Of a DNA stretch of 64,000 bases, positions 52,766 through 64,000 are shown piece after piece. The translations under genes and the position numbers were made by a program. The notes under the pieces were generated by a model. The model ran no database searches. It was given only the letters and a program-made list of their open reading frames with translations, and had not been told where the DNA came from. This stretch comes from Octopus sinensis. Its lineage: Eukaryota. The stretch is taken from the NCBI RefSeq assembly GCF_006345805.1, contig NC_042998.1, forward strand, positions 2,480,001 through 2,544,000, written 5' to 3'. Numbering within the stretch: position 1 is the stretch's first letter; every line of letters begins with the position of its first letter.

Positions 52766-54935
52766 CCCCCACAACCTAGGACTAGAGGCAATCCAATCTG
52801 GCTAGAGAATCACGCCAACGAACTACCACACCGCATCAAAAAAGAATTTGTGATAGAAGGGGTTAAATTCATCCTGGAAAATAACTTCTTCGCCTTCAAT
52901 GACAACTTCTACCGACAAAAATCGGGGACTGCGATGGGTACACGAATGGCCCCCTCCTTTGCCAACCTAGTCATAGGATACCTAGAGATCAGTCTGTATC
53001 GTAAGGTTCTAGAAAGATATGGCAGCCCTTTCTCCATCTACATAGAAAACAACTGGAAGAGATATCTAGATGACTGTTTCATCCTTTGGCATAAAAATAT
53101 AGAAAAAACTCATAGAATTCCAGAAAATTTTAAACGGACTGGACGTAAACATCCAATTCACGATGGAATATAGCCAACAACAACTCCCCTTCCTCGATAT
53201 CCTCATTAGAAAGCTAATAATATAATAGAAACAGACATATACTATAAGCCTACAGACTCTAAGCAATATCTTCCATTCAATTCATGCCACCCCAGACACA
53301 CCAGGATGAATATCCCTTCAATCTAGCAAAAAGGATATGCACTATAGTCTCTAACGCAAACACCAGAGACACACGACTACAAGAACTAAAAGATACCCTA
53401 ATCACCAGGAACTATCCACCTTCACTTATTGACAATGCATTCAACGTGCCCTTCAACTTAACATCAAGGAACTGAGACATCCCAAATCAAAGAAAAACTT
53501 ACAACCAAAGCCTTACCATACATCTCCACACACAACCCTCTCAATAACGAAGCCTTCGACACCATCCTCCACAACATACCCCTCCTAAAAAAAGACCACA
53601 GAATGAACACAATCCTCCAAACACACACGATCATAAAAAGCAAAAGACAGCCTAGATCCATGAAAAGTCTCCTTACACAAGCCCGAATTCACTCTTCAAC
53701 ACAGAAGCCGACAGTAAAAAAATGTGGAAGACCCAATTGCGGGATATGCGACTATCTAATCGAGGGTTCTGAGTTCTCCTTCAAACAGGGACAACGTTTT
53801 ACAGTGAAAAGCAACTTCACATGTGCTTCGGAGAACCTAATATACTCACTAACCTGCTCCGGGTGTCAAGAGCAGTACATAGGCCAAACAAAAAATGGTT
53901 TGCGTAAACGAATGGCCCTGCACAGATCCCAGATAAAAATTCCCCAAAACAGAAAAATAGCTTTTAGCCAACACATAGATACTTGCGCCAACAAAAAAAC
54001 ACCAAACTTCAGAATTTTCCCCCTCTACCAATTTAGGGACGATACAACCTCCAGACAACGAATAAGTAAAGAAAATCTCTTTATTACAAAATACAAGCCA
54101 CTTCTTAACGGGTCTACGACAAACAATTAATATACCTCAACTTTAGAATAAAAGAAAAAAATATATATACACACACAAATACTACACTCAATAGAATCCA
54201 TTACTAATCAGCCCCTTCATAGCTATATTTACATTCATATTCTCCCTTGTCTGTTTTTTCTTCTTCTTCTTCTTCCTCTTCTTCTTCATCATCATCGTTA
54301 TCATCATCATCGGCATCATCATCATCGCCACCATCATCACCACCATCTTCTCCTTCTCCTCCTTCTTCTTCTTCTTCTTCTTCATCATCATCGTTATCAT
54401 CATCATCGTCGTCATAATCATCACCACCATCACCATCATCGTCATCTTCTCCTTCTCCTTCTCCTTCTTCTTCTTCTTCTTCTTCTTCTTCTCCACCCCC
54501 TACCCCTTAAGTTTGTCACTAATGTTTTTTAGTATAACACCTACGCTAATTCTATAAAGAAGCCTGTCAATATAAATATTCTCCTGAATTGAACTGAGAC
54601 TGCCAGCCGCCACTGACCATTCAAAATACGACCATCAGGGCACTCCCAGATTCTCCCACCCCCTTTCCTCACCAGCCTTCTCTCTACTACCCTACCAAGA
54701 GCTCACAACTACCTCGAACACACAAGTGCAAACAAGGGAGTCAGAGAAAGGCAGAATGCCACTTAAATCTGAACACTACTATAGAAATATTCTTTTAAAA
54801 AAACTTTTCTTCTAATTTTTCTAAATTTAATTATTTAATCGTTACAGTTGAAAAGGTCTCAAAATGACCGAAACCGGTACTGAAATGTTCACTATAAAAT
54901 TATTTTAGCATTTTCTATTTTTTACTTGTTTTTTC
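52766..54935 (+). mobile_element. Penelope-like element (RT + GIY-YIG), 5'-truncated and frameshifted
   Basis: GTAMGTRMAPSFANL, WKRYLDDCF, YYKPTDS, CGRPNCGIC, LIYSLTC...YIGQT; ~800-bp 3' region with a terminal hammerhead. Confidence 0.93.
54845..54882 (+). ncRNA. Minimal type I hammerhead ribozyme with U3-A8 core variant
   Basis: CAG-TTGAAAA-GGTC-tcaaaat-GACC-GAAAC-CG-GTA-CTG. Confidence 0.75.
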
Positions 54936-54957
54936 ATATATATATATATATATATAT

Positions 54958-55008
<51 letters not shown>

Positions 55009-55660
55009 TATACGTATATATATATATTATATATATATATATATATATCCCTCTATCTCTTTCTCTCAGGAGCATGGTTATATCATTTAGTAAGCAATGT
55101 AGGCTGTGTCAGTGTCTACAGATTATGCAATGGAAATATCTCATTCCGCTGTTATGCCTGTGTAAGTATTTAGTATTCGCTGTTACAAGACATATTTTAA
55201 GCACATGATTGATTGTCCGATCAAATTGGCCACATTTTAGAGTCTTTTTAATATGTTCAAGATGTTTTTCTTGTTACTTTTAGTGTAAAGACAGCATTTG
55301 TATAGCGCTGTACTGCAACTCTCAATTCCTCTCAGTCTATTTTGGAACGTAGGCTTGTCATCCATAATTCACAATATTCTTCTTTATCTATTCTAGATCT
55401 TTATTGGGTTTCTGAACCCAGCTACTTTTATAAATTTATTTTGTTGATATTGTTTATGCTAGTTACGTTTTTTCATTGCTTTTGCCTTGAAATTATTGTT
55501 AAATCTACTTACCATTATTATTGTAACTTGTCCTTCTAATGCGCCCTCATCCACCGGCTTTATGACAAATATAGAAACAATTCAATAAGCATTACTTGAG
55601 CAGTTCCATCCCACCCACCAAACACAATTGCTGACCTTGTGCCAAAATTTGAAACCGTTA

Positions 55661-55712
<52 letters not shown>

Positions 55713-55929
55713 CATTATTATTATTATTATCATCATCATTATTATTATTGATAAAAGAATTAACTATTATTATTATTAGAGTGCCGTAGTTGTCATGTGA
55801 AATTAGTTGAACGATATTTCGGCATCTAGCGTTCCTTTCACAGGTTCAAAAATTACATGTCAGTCTACTTCATTTTTTTTTTTTTTTTTTTTTTGCTAAG
55901 ATTATATAGGACTGAGGTAACTCCTCCAG

Positions 55930-57350
55930 AATTTATAGAGAAATAAATAGTATAAATGGTATAATTGGAAATTAGTATTCCACACTGACATGTTGTGCTT
56001 CAAGAAGTTTGAAATCACAGGAGAAATTTTGAAGATATCTAGCGATTTCAAGATCCATGAAATGCGGTGTACTGTCAAAGGCCTTTTTATAACCAATCCA
56101 TGCGGAACTGAGATTTCTGCGTTTGTTATGACAGTTCTCAAAGATCCTGTGATTGCTTAAGAGTTGGTCTTTGCATCCATATGAGCCTCGTCGGCACCCT
56201 TTTTGCTTAGTGGGGAAAATATCGTTCTGTTCCATAAATTTGTATGTTTTCTCCACGAAGATGGATGTTAAAATTTTATACGTGGTAAATAGACATGTTA
56301 TGGGCCGATAGTTTTTGGGAAATTTGGTTTCATTATTCTTCGGGAGTAGGTAAGTAATACTTCCTGCGAACCAATCAGGTGTTTTCGTAATTCATAATTT
56401 CATTGAATAACTGGACTAATTTTTCGTATGTGCATAGGAGCGATGCGAGCCAGAAATTTGTCACCCTATCATTACCAGATTTCAACTTATGAGCGTTCGT
56501 GTCATCCTTAGGTCTGCTATTGAGATGTCTTCCCATGCTTCTTCTGGTAAGTTATGATAGGATCCTTCTATGTGTTTAATCTAGTCTACATTTTCATCGT
56601 AGGTCATTTCATCACTCCAAATACTTTTCCAAAAGTTTTTAACTTCTTCCATAGAAATGGGGTCTTCAACGGTTATTTTCTCCTTCCCTATTTCTCTGTA
56701 GAATATTTTCGCATTGGATGTAAACAGCTTATTTTGCTTGTAAAACTTGTTTCGCTTCTCAAATCTTCGTATTCTTTGAGCTTTTGCTTGGACATTTTGT
56801 TGCAGTGTTTCTTTTGCTGAAAGCAGTTCTTCTCTCGGTGAGAGTATATGTTTTCTCTCTTCTTAGGTTTGTATTTCTTCGTTCTTCTCAGAAGCATACA
56901 ACCGGTTTCAATTTTCTTAGCAGCTCCGTAAATAATTTCATTTAATTCAGTGAGATCTGGTTTTCCTTCTTGTATCATTTCTTTTGTTACATGGTTTCCA
57001 ATTTTAATTTGTTTTCTATTTTGGATTGTATTTGAGAGCTTATGAAGTGATTCTCTATCATGCATATTGGCGTGTCTTACAACTTCAAGATTATTCCAGA
57101 TATTCTGCCTCTTTTGTATCATAGACTCTTTATATTCTTCAGTAAATGTGTTGTCTTTTCAAATATTGTTTCCTTACCACTTTCTTCGCTGTCTTTATCA
57201 GGCTCATTACAATTTATGTCTTCGGAAGTTTGCGTGTTCTGGTCAGATGGCAATCTTTCAAGTGTGACACTCGTGGAGAGTTGCTCTTTTCATCTGGTTC
57301 TCCATTTCCTTTCTGTCTTGATTGCGGTTATTTCACTGTCTGTGACTCTT
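55930..57350 (-). mobile_element. R4/Dong-like retrotransposon, N-terminal/RT fragment
   Basis: LTELNEIIYGAAK, QKGCRRGSYGCKDQLL, AWIGYKKAFDS. Confidence 0.85.
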
Positions 57351-57362
57351 ATCATTATTATT

Positions 57363-57530
57363 CCTTCGTAACACAGTGTAGGCAAAAATGCACCGGAGTC
57401 TTTAATCATCTGTCAAGTTACAACAACAACCTCAGACAGATAATACTTTCATAAGATGTGCGCTGTGCCCACATCTTAAGACTGCTTTTTGCAAGACATC
57501 AATTTTGCATGGGATTTCCAGTTTCCTTAT
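57363..57530 (-). mobile_element. Very short R4/Dong-like 3' end
   Basis: KLEIPCKIDVLQKAVL...GTAHILMKVLSV*, then UTR and AATAATAAT; (AAT)n upstream. Confidence 0.75.
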
Positions 57531-57536
57531 TACTAC

Positions 57537-57568
<32 letters not shown>

Positions 57569-57676
57569 TATTATTATTATTATTATTAATAATAATAATA
57601 ATAACAATAATAACAATAATAATAACGCAACAATACTACTACTACTACTAATAATAATAATAATAAAATAATAATA

Positions 57677-57720
<44 letters not shown>
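57531..57720. repeat. (TAT)n/(AAT)n/(AAC)n compound microsatellite
   Basis: Direct reading. Confidence 0.95.
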
Positions 57721-57977
57721 GCCCTCCCCACAATTTTCAGAGCTTGCGCCTGTATTAGAAAGAATCCTTGTGTTTCCAACTGAAAGGCGTCAATTTTTAC
57801 CCCTAAGGTTATTATCGAATTTTATAGTTTTGAACAAAGAAATTCGAGCTTTCGTAGCACCACTTTATTATTAAACATCTGGAATTTCTGAATCCAGTTG
57901 ATTTTCAGAAATTTTCGTCCCTTCAAGGTGAATTTTCAGGTTTTATAAAAGCAAATATACCTCTGTATATATATATT

Positions 57978-58245
57978 TGATAGCGTGTGGTTTAATGGTT
58001 ACACTATTCGGCTCACGATCGCAAGTGCGTGAGTTCGATTCCCGGCCATGCGCTGTGTCCTTGAGCAAGACACTTTATATTACGTTACTTCAGTTCACTC
58101 ATTTGGCAAAAATGAGTAGCTCCTGTATATCAAAGGGTCAGCCTTGTCACACTCTGCATCACGCTGAATCTCCCTGAGAACTGCGATTAGGATACACGTG
58201 TCTGTGGAATGCTCAGCCACTTGCACGTTAATTTCACGAACAGGT
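57978..58245 (+). mobile_element. SINE with CORE-like 5' part and family-B 3' module
   Basis: CTGTGTCCTTGAGCAAGACAC followed by CAAAGGGTCAGCCTTGTCAC...CACGTTAATTTCACG. Confidence 0.7.
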
Positions 58246-58706
58246 TTGTCTTAAATACAATTTATTAAGTCGCAGTTTGAATCATAACCACGAATACAAT
58301 CGATTAATCCGCACGTGTATTTGACGCTCGCTGCGACTTAATAAATTGTATTCAAGACAAACCTCTGCTGAAGATTTATGGATGTTGTGTAAGTAAAAAT
58401 GCATATTACATTAATAATGAAACAATTGTTCATGGTTAATCTATATTTTCGTTGTGTTTCACTTACCTTACGTTAAATGTCGTGGTATTTCTTCTTGGAA
58501 ATAACTTTTAGTGGCTATACCATTAGCGGAGCTATTTTTAGCACTAGAGTGAACCACATAGTGGTCACTCTCTAATATTTATGGATATATATATATATAT
58601 ATATATATTTAAATTTATAAATAAGGATAATATCGATATTTAAATATCGATATTATCAAGTGGCCAGCATGGGAAAAAATACCATACAAAGGTAATAATT
58701 TTTTAC

Positions 58707-59168
58707 AACTAAAAATAAGGGTGTCTGAGAGACACCACCATGCCGAAATAGCAGTCAAATCCCTGACTCTAAAAAATTTATATAATTCGTCACTATATTC
58801 ACTGCGGTGTTTATTTTGACCATATCGTGCTTATGAGGTGTTTGGCGGACAATTTAAACTGGCCTTGTACATACGTGCATATATATGTATGTATGGACGT
58901 TCGTATATGTAAGTATAACGTTTGTTCTGCATATATATATATTTGTATTTATGTGCTCTGATTTATTCAACTGACGAGGTAAAGCTTATTTAAGGCAAAG
59001 CTAGAAATCCAGGATCTTGAATTATTCAGTAATATCTTTTTACTTGTCTATTTTGTCTCTCTGTCTTATCTCATGGTGCGATATGAACATTTAAGGTGGT
59101 TTTTAGAGTCAGGGATTTGACTGCTATTTCGGCATGGTGGTGTCTCTAAGACACCCTTATTTTTAGTT
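58707..59168. repeat. 69-bp inverted repeat pair around a ~320-bp spacer
   Basis: 58707-58775 versus 59100-59168, one mismatch. Confidence 0.85.
58965..59022 (+). ncRNA. Hammerhead-like motif with degenerate helix II
   Basis: ATTCAA-CTGACGA-...-GAAATCC-A-GGATC-TTGAAT. Confidence 0.5.
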
Positions 59169-59191
59169 ATATATTTATATTTATATATATA

Positions 59192-59827
59192 CTAGCAATA
59201 TCGCCCGGCGTTGCTCGGGTTTGTAAGGGAAATAACTATATAAGCATTTTTAGAGAGTTATAGCCAAAAAATAGCAAAAAATGCATTAAAAATGGAAAAA
59301 ATATGATGGTAAATTTTTTTTTAAATCGTTGACTCATCGTAGACATTTTTAGAGAGTTACTTCCCTTATATAATAGCGAAAAATGCATTAAAATGGGAAA
59401 AAAACGATGGTAAATTTTTTTTTAAATCGTAGACTCATGTAGACGCTTTCTTAGCCATTTCTGTTTTGGTGTCTTCAAGCCATGAAGTCGTTGTTCTAAA
59501 AGAACACTGGTCTCCTTGACAACGCATTACGACGTTGATTTCCTTACACTCCCTTCCCCACAGGTGCAGGTGTGAGCGTGGACGCCAACTCCGCCGCCAT
59601 CGACACACGAAAAATTATGCATTAAAATGGAATAAAAAATGATGTTAAATTATTTTTAAAATCGTAGACTCATCGTAGACGCGCGCTAATATTCAGACGG
59701 GCTCGATATGAATCACGACTATAAGCTACCCGAATTTGGTTAAACTGTACCGCAAAATGTGGGAGTAGTTAGGAATCTAAATCGAAGGGGACAGACACTC
59801 ACACAACTACAGTTTTATATATATAGA
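59192..59827 (-). mobile_element. Non-autonomous Helitron with internal triplication and a ~165-bp insert
   Basis: TC...CTAG ends and hairpin as in 5151-5451. Confidence 0.85.
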
Positions 59828-59869
59828 TATACATAGCGCAGTAGTGGAGATGTGACAGCAAAGAAAAGC

Positions 59870-60225
59870 ATACATTCACTCTCTGCATGCAATTAGACTC
59901 GGAAAGTTCGTGAGAAACCCATTGACCCAATTTGCTGACTTTTCCGATAGCACACAGTGTCTCAATGAATGGTTGAATGACCAAATCCAAGCTTCTCTGC
60001 TAGTTCCTCAACAGTTACGATGAGATTTTGTTCCACCAGGGTTTTCAGGATGTCCTTGTCGAGTTCTACAGATCTTTCAGGATGAGGCTCGTCTTCTAGG
60101 CTGTAGTTTAAGGCTCGGGATTTCTGGAACCACCATTGACACTGCCTTACGCTTATTGTCCAATCCCCATATACTGCATTAATATTTCTTGTACTTTGCA
60201 CACATTTATATTCTGTTATTCTTTT
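59870..60225 (-). mobile_element. mariner transposase N-terminal remnant
   Basis: NINAVYG...QWWFQK...SLEDEP...TVEELAEKL and GQWVSHEL (WVPHEL-like). Confidence 0.85.
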
Positions 60226-60259
60226 ATGTTTCAGCCTTGAGGTTGTGGCCATGCTGGAT

Positions 60260-60297
<38 letters not shown>

Positions 60298-61017
60298 TAT
60301 CTGTCTGTCTGTCTGTATGTATATATGTATATGTATGTGTGTGAACAATAATATTTTCAACAGATGTGTTGCAAATGTATCTGATTGTTCTCAAGCTTCA
60401 ATACTGTGTGTGTGTATGTGTGTATGTATGTATGTATATGTATGTATGTATGTATATGTATGTATGTATGTATGTGTGTATGTATGTATGTGTGTGTATG
60501 TATGTGTGTGTGTATGTGTGTGTGTATGTATGTATGTGTATGTATGTATGTATGTATGTATGTATGTATGTATGTATGTATGTATGTATGTATGTATGAG
60601 TGTATGTTTACTTTATTACTAATTACTCTCTTCCAAGAACATTTTCACTCACTCTTAGCTCTTAGCTTCCCATACATTTTACTCATGTATCTATCAGCGT
60701 CATAGACAGAATACTTTCACTTTAGTCTTCCTCAAATCACTCTGTCGCTATTTACTTTCATTTTATTCGTTGCCCACTGTGTGTGTGCGTTTGCGTGTGG
60801 TGTAAACCAGACTAAGAAAAGCATTTGACACACACGCCAGAATGTGAGTTTTCTGTAAATTTTGCTTAATTGGAGTTTAAATTTTAAAAACTGGACCTGG
60901 CATGACGCGATGCATTGTACTCTCAAAAATGCTAGGTAAATTGTAATTGAAGAAATCCTATATTGTAGATTTCTATAACTCCCAAAGGGAGGCAGATAAA
61001 ATCTGCCTTTTATAATA

Positions 61018-61080
<63 letters not shown>

Positions 61081-61399
61081 AAATCAGAAGAAAAGATGGC
61101 TTTAGGAAAAGTTGTTATGCAAATATTTTCCCACTTGTGCCTGTTACAGTCAGCTGAGAATTTATGAATAATAATAGAAATGAGAACAACGACAAAAACA
61201 CTACAAATGGAAAGAAACATGAAAGTAACACTAGCATCATCGCCATACTTAACACAGCTACAAATACTTGCAACAGAAACTACAATAAGGAAAAGCAACA
61301 CACAGTGAGCATTAAAATAAATACGACGACCAGCAGCTCAAATCATAAATAAATATGATAAACACCGAGGCTTGCAAACAAAGAAATGGTTTCGCAAAT

Positions 61400-62350
61400 G
61401 TGTTCGCAAAACTAGAGATTGATAAATAAGCTATCAGAAAATGAGCTATGAAATACAAAAGCTCGTCTCAAGAAAAATAGCAGAATTATATACCTGAACA
61501 TATGCAGCAAATTCAAGAAGGAAACTAAAGATTATAGTCAAACGTATTGGACTCAAAACTGAGGTGATTTGAGCAATCGATGCAAGTCCAGATTAAAAAG
61601 TACCTTGTGCAAATCTGGGGCATAACAACTTAAGTCGCTGCAGTTTCAAAGAAGTAAAAGAAAATTCAACAACAATACTAAAACGTAAAGAACTGCTCTT
61701 GATTCCAACATACCTTGGTCAGCGTCGTCAAAATAATGGTGTTGAAGGTACCACCAGAAGGCAGATGTCACCTTGCTCGCAGCGGCTGTAATATACGACA
61801 TAGATTATGAAAAAAGCATTCTGAAAATCCACAGACTAGGAAAGGAAAATTGGTCAGGCAAAGGGATGGAACTATTAAACCAAACAGACGATGAGAACAC
61901 GAAAGCCATCCCTGATTTGATCAATATCCCAAATAGCTTACAGCTTTTCATAACATCTGGAAGATGGAGACCGTAAGTCCACATATGGCGAAACGTAAAC
62001 CATCTGAGGGCTCTTTTCCTTCTGATAATAAAAAAAAAGAAATAGGAAGGCCCCTCTACCCTGCTGTCACATTCACCATAACAGCATCATCGGCAACAAA
62101 AGTGGCAACAGCAGCAGTAGCAGCAGCATTACCAAGAATGCAAGACTGAAGATGGAAGACACTTTGCTCAGATGGTTTCGGTGGGATTTCCACTGGTAGC
62201 TCTCGGGGTCTCACCATATTCGTGCAAATCCGTCTGTGCATTTCTGTTTGTACCGATATCTTTTGTTCTTTTATGCAATCAGCTACTGCATCTGTGTGGG
62301 CGAATTTTGAAGGCGAGTTCTACGACTGTTAATACCCAAATTTCCCTGAA
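61400..62350 (+). mobile_element. Decayed LINE ORF1-like remnant (Tx1/L1-like)
   Basis: ILKIHRLG...IPDLINIP..LQLFITSGR.RP followed by a degenerate CCHC knuckle (xHIWRNVNHLRALF). Confidence 0.45.
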
Positions 62351-62675
62351 ATTACTTCCTATATAGATTTAACAGCATACATACGTAAGTGTAACGCCTA
62401 CCACCGACTGTGTTTCCATATAAATTTCAGAAAAAATGGTGGAAGAGTGGGGTAAAAATTTGTTTTACAAATATCTTTCAGATAGTGTAGATTACAATCA
62501 TATACTTTAATGTTAAAAGAAAAAAATTAGTGAGCACGCACACATCCATTTTGACAAACATCACATATATATCTACAAAATGAAATTGTACACTTGGGGG
62601 AAAATGATGTGATGTTTGTCATTTCTAATTCCACAACAAAGTCCAGTATAACTGCAAATTACACCATCTAAAAAA

Positions 62676-63486
62676 GGCGGTGAGCTGGCAGAATCGTTAG
62701 CATACACGGCGAAATGCTTAGCGGTATTTCTTCTGCCGCTACGTTCTGAGTTCAAATTCCGCCGAGGTCGACTTTGCCTTTCATCCTTTCGGGGTCGATT
62801 AAGTAAGTACCAGTTACACACCGGAGTCGATAGAATCGACTTAATCCGTTTGTATGTCTTTCTTTGTCCTCTCTGTGTTTAGCCCCTTGTGGGTAGTAAA
62901 GAAATAGGTATTTCGTCTGCCGCTACGTTCTGAGTTAAAATTCCACCGAAGTCGACTTTGCCGTTCATCCTTTCGGGGTCGATTAAATAAGTACCAGTTT
63001 CGCACTGGGGTCGATGTAATCGACTTAATCTGTTTGTATGTCCTTGTTTGTCCTCTCTGTGTTTAGCCCCTTGTGGGTACTAAAGAAATAGGTATTTCGT
63101 CGTCTTTATGTTCTGAGTTCAAATTTCGCTGAGGTCGACTTTACCTTTCATCGTTCCGAGGGCGATAAATTAAGTACCAGTTCCGTACTGCGGTCGATCT
63201 AATCGATTGGCCCCCTCCCCCAAAATTTCGGGCCTTGGGCCTATAGTAGAAAAGATTATATATCCTGGCGAGCTGGCAGAAACGTTAGCACATCGGGCGA
63301 AATGCTTAGCGGTGTTTCGACTGTCTTTACGTTCTGAGTTCAAATTCCGCCGAGGGCGACTTTGCCTTTCATCCTTTCGGGGTCAATAAATTCAGTACCT
63401 GTTGTGTACTGGGGTCGATCTAATTGACTGGCCCCTCCCAAAAAAATTTCGGGCCTTGTACCTATAGTAGAAAAATAGAAAAGAAT
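62676..63486 (+). mobile_element. SINE A multimer flanked by one 17-bp TSD
   Basis: Head + three cores, then a second head + core; TTACACCATCTAAAAAA at 62659-62675 and TTATACCATCTAAAAAA at 63487-63503. Confidence 0.88.
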
Positions 63487-64000
63487 TTATACCATCTAAA
63501 AAATGTTTGTAGAAATTTCCCCTTAAAAATTCGCATCTTTCTGAATGTTATGAGGAAACGAAGTCAGGTGGCGCTCTTGTGAAGGTAAAAGAAATAAACA
63601 TTAGAAATCCGTAACTAAACTGAATCGTTGGTTGATTGGTTGTTGTTGTTGTTGTTGTTGTTGCTGTTGTTGTTGTTGTGGTTTACCCTAGGATCACACC
63701 CTGATAGAATATAGATCGAATCTCTAACAATATTATCCAAAGTATCCTTTTATAAGAAGGCAGGATGTGATATGAAAGAAATATGGTTGCTATTTCTAGC
63801 ATTCGTCGTTGCCGTCGTCGTCGTCATCGGCAAACTCTAGTTCAGTCCTGACAAGGAAATCTATGATAAAACATGCTCCTGCTCTAACCGTCCCATCCCG
63901 TTCGTTTTTGTTTTTGTTTTTTTTTTAAGCATCATATCCAATTGATCATCTCACCTTGCCACGTGCATTCTTACTCAAACGTCTTACAAATTACAATTAC

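Noticed and set aside
54188-54496. K/E/M-rich ORF in the Penelope 3' region
   Set aside because: Translation of (TTC)n/(ATC)n repeats
62676-63486. Regularly spaced repeats suggestive of a CRISPR array
   Set aside because: The units are ~185-bp SINE modules with no unique spacers, in a eukaryotic context

Overview
A repeat-saturated, AT-rich eukaryotic window. The SINE families and the TA, GATA, AAT and CT microsatellites look like an octopus/coleoid cephalopod genome; this is an inference from repeat style. No intact protein-coding gene, rRNA, bona fide tRNA or CRISPR array can be supported. Most ORFs in the track are microsatellite artefacts or decayed TE frames. Recognisable content: CR1/L2-like, RTE, R4/Dong-like and Tx1/L1-like LINE fragments; a Penelope element (RT + GIY-YIG); three modular tRNA-SINE families; non-autonomous Helitrons; maT, mariner, pogo-MITE, hAT and probable Chapaev3 DNA transposons; and a few weak candidate exons. 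Highlights: (1) a ~540-bp non-coding element present twice, built on a ~380-bp palindrome with a hammerhead ribozyme on each strand, whose copy-specific substitutions are mirrored in both arms; (2) further hammerheads, including a U3-A8 covariant core at the Penelope 3' end; (3) two independently 5'-truncated Tx1-like copies each embedded in (TATC)n, suggesting a (GATA)n-targeting retrotransposon; (4) R4/Dong pieces stacked in (TAA)n; (5) a SINE multimer flanked by one 17-bp TSD. Coordinates were read by eye and fuzzy boundaries may be off by tens of bases. Family names come from recalled motifs, not from database searches.
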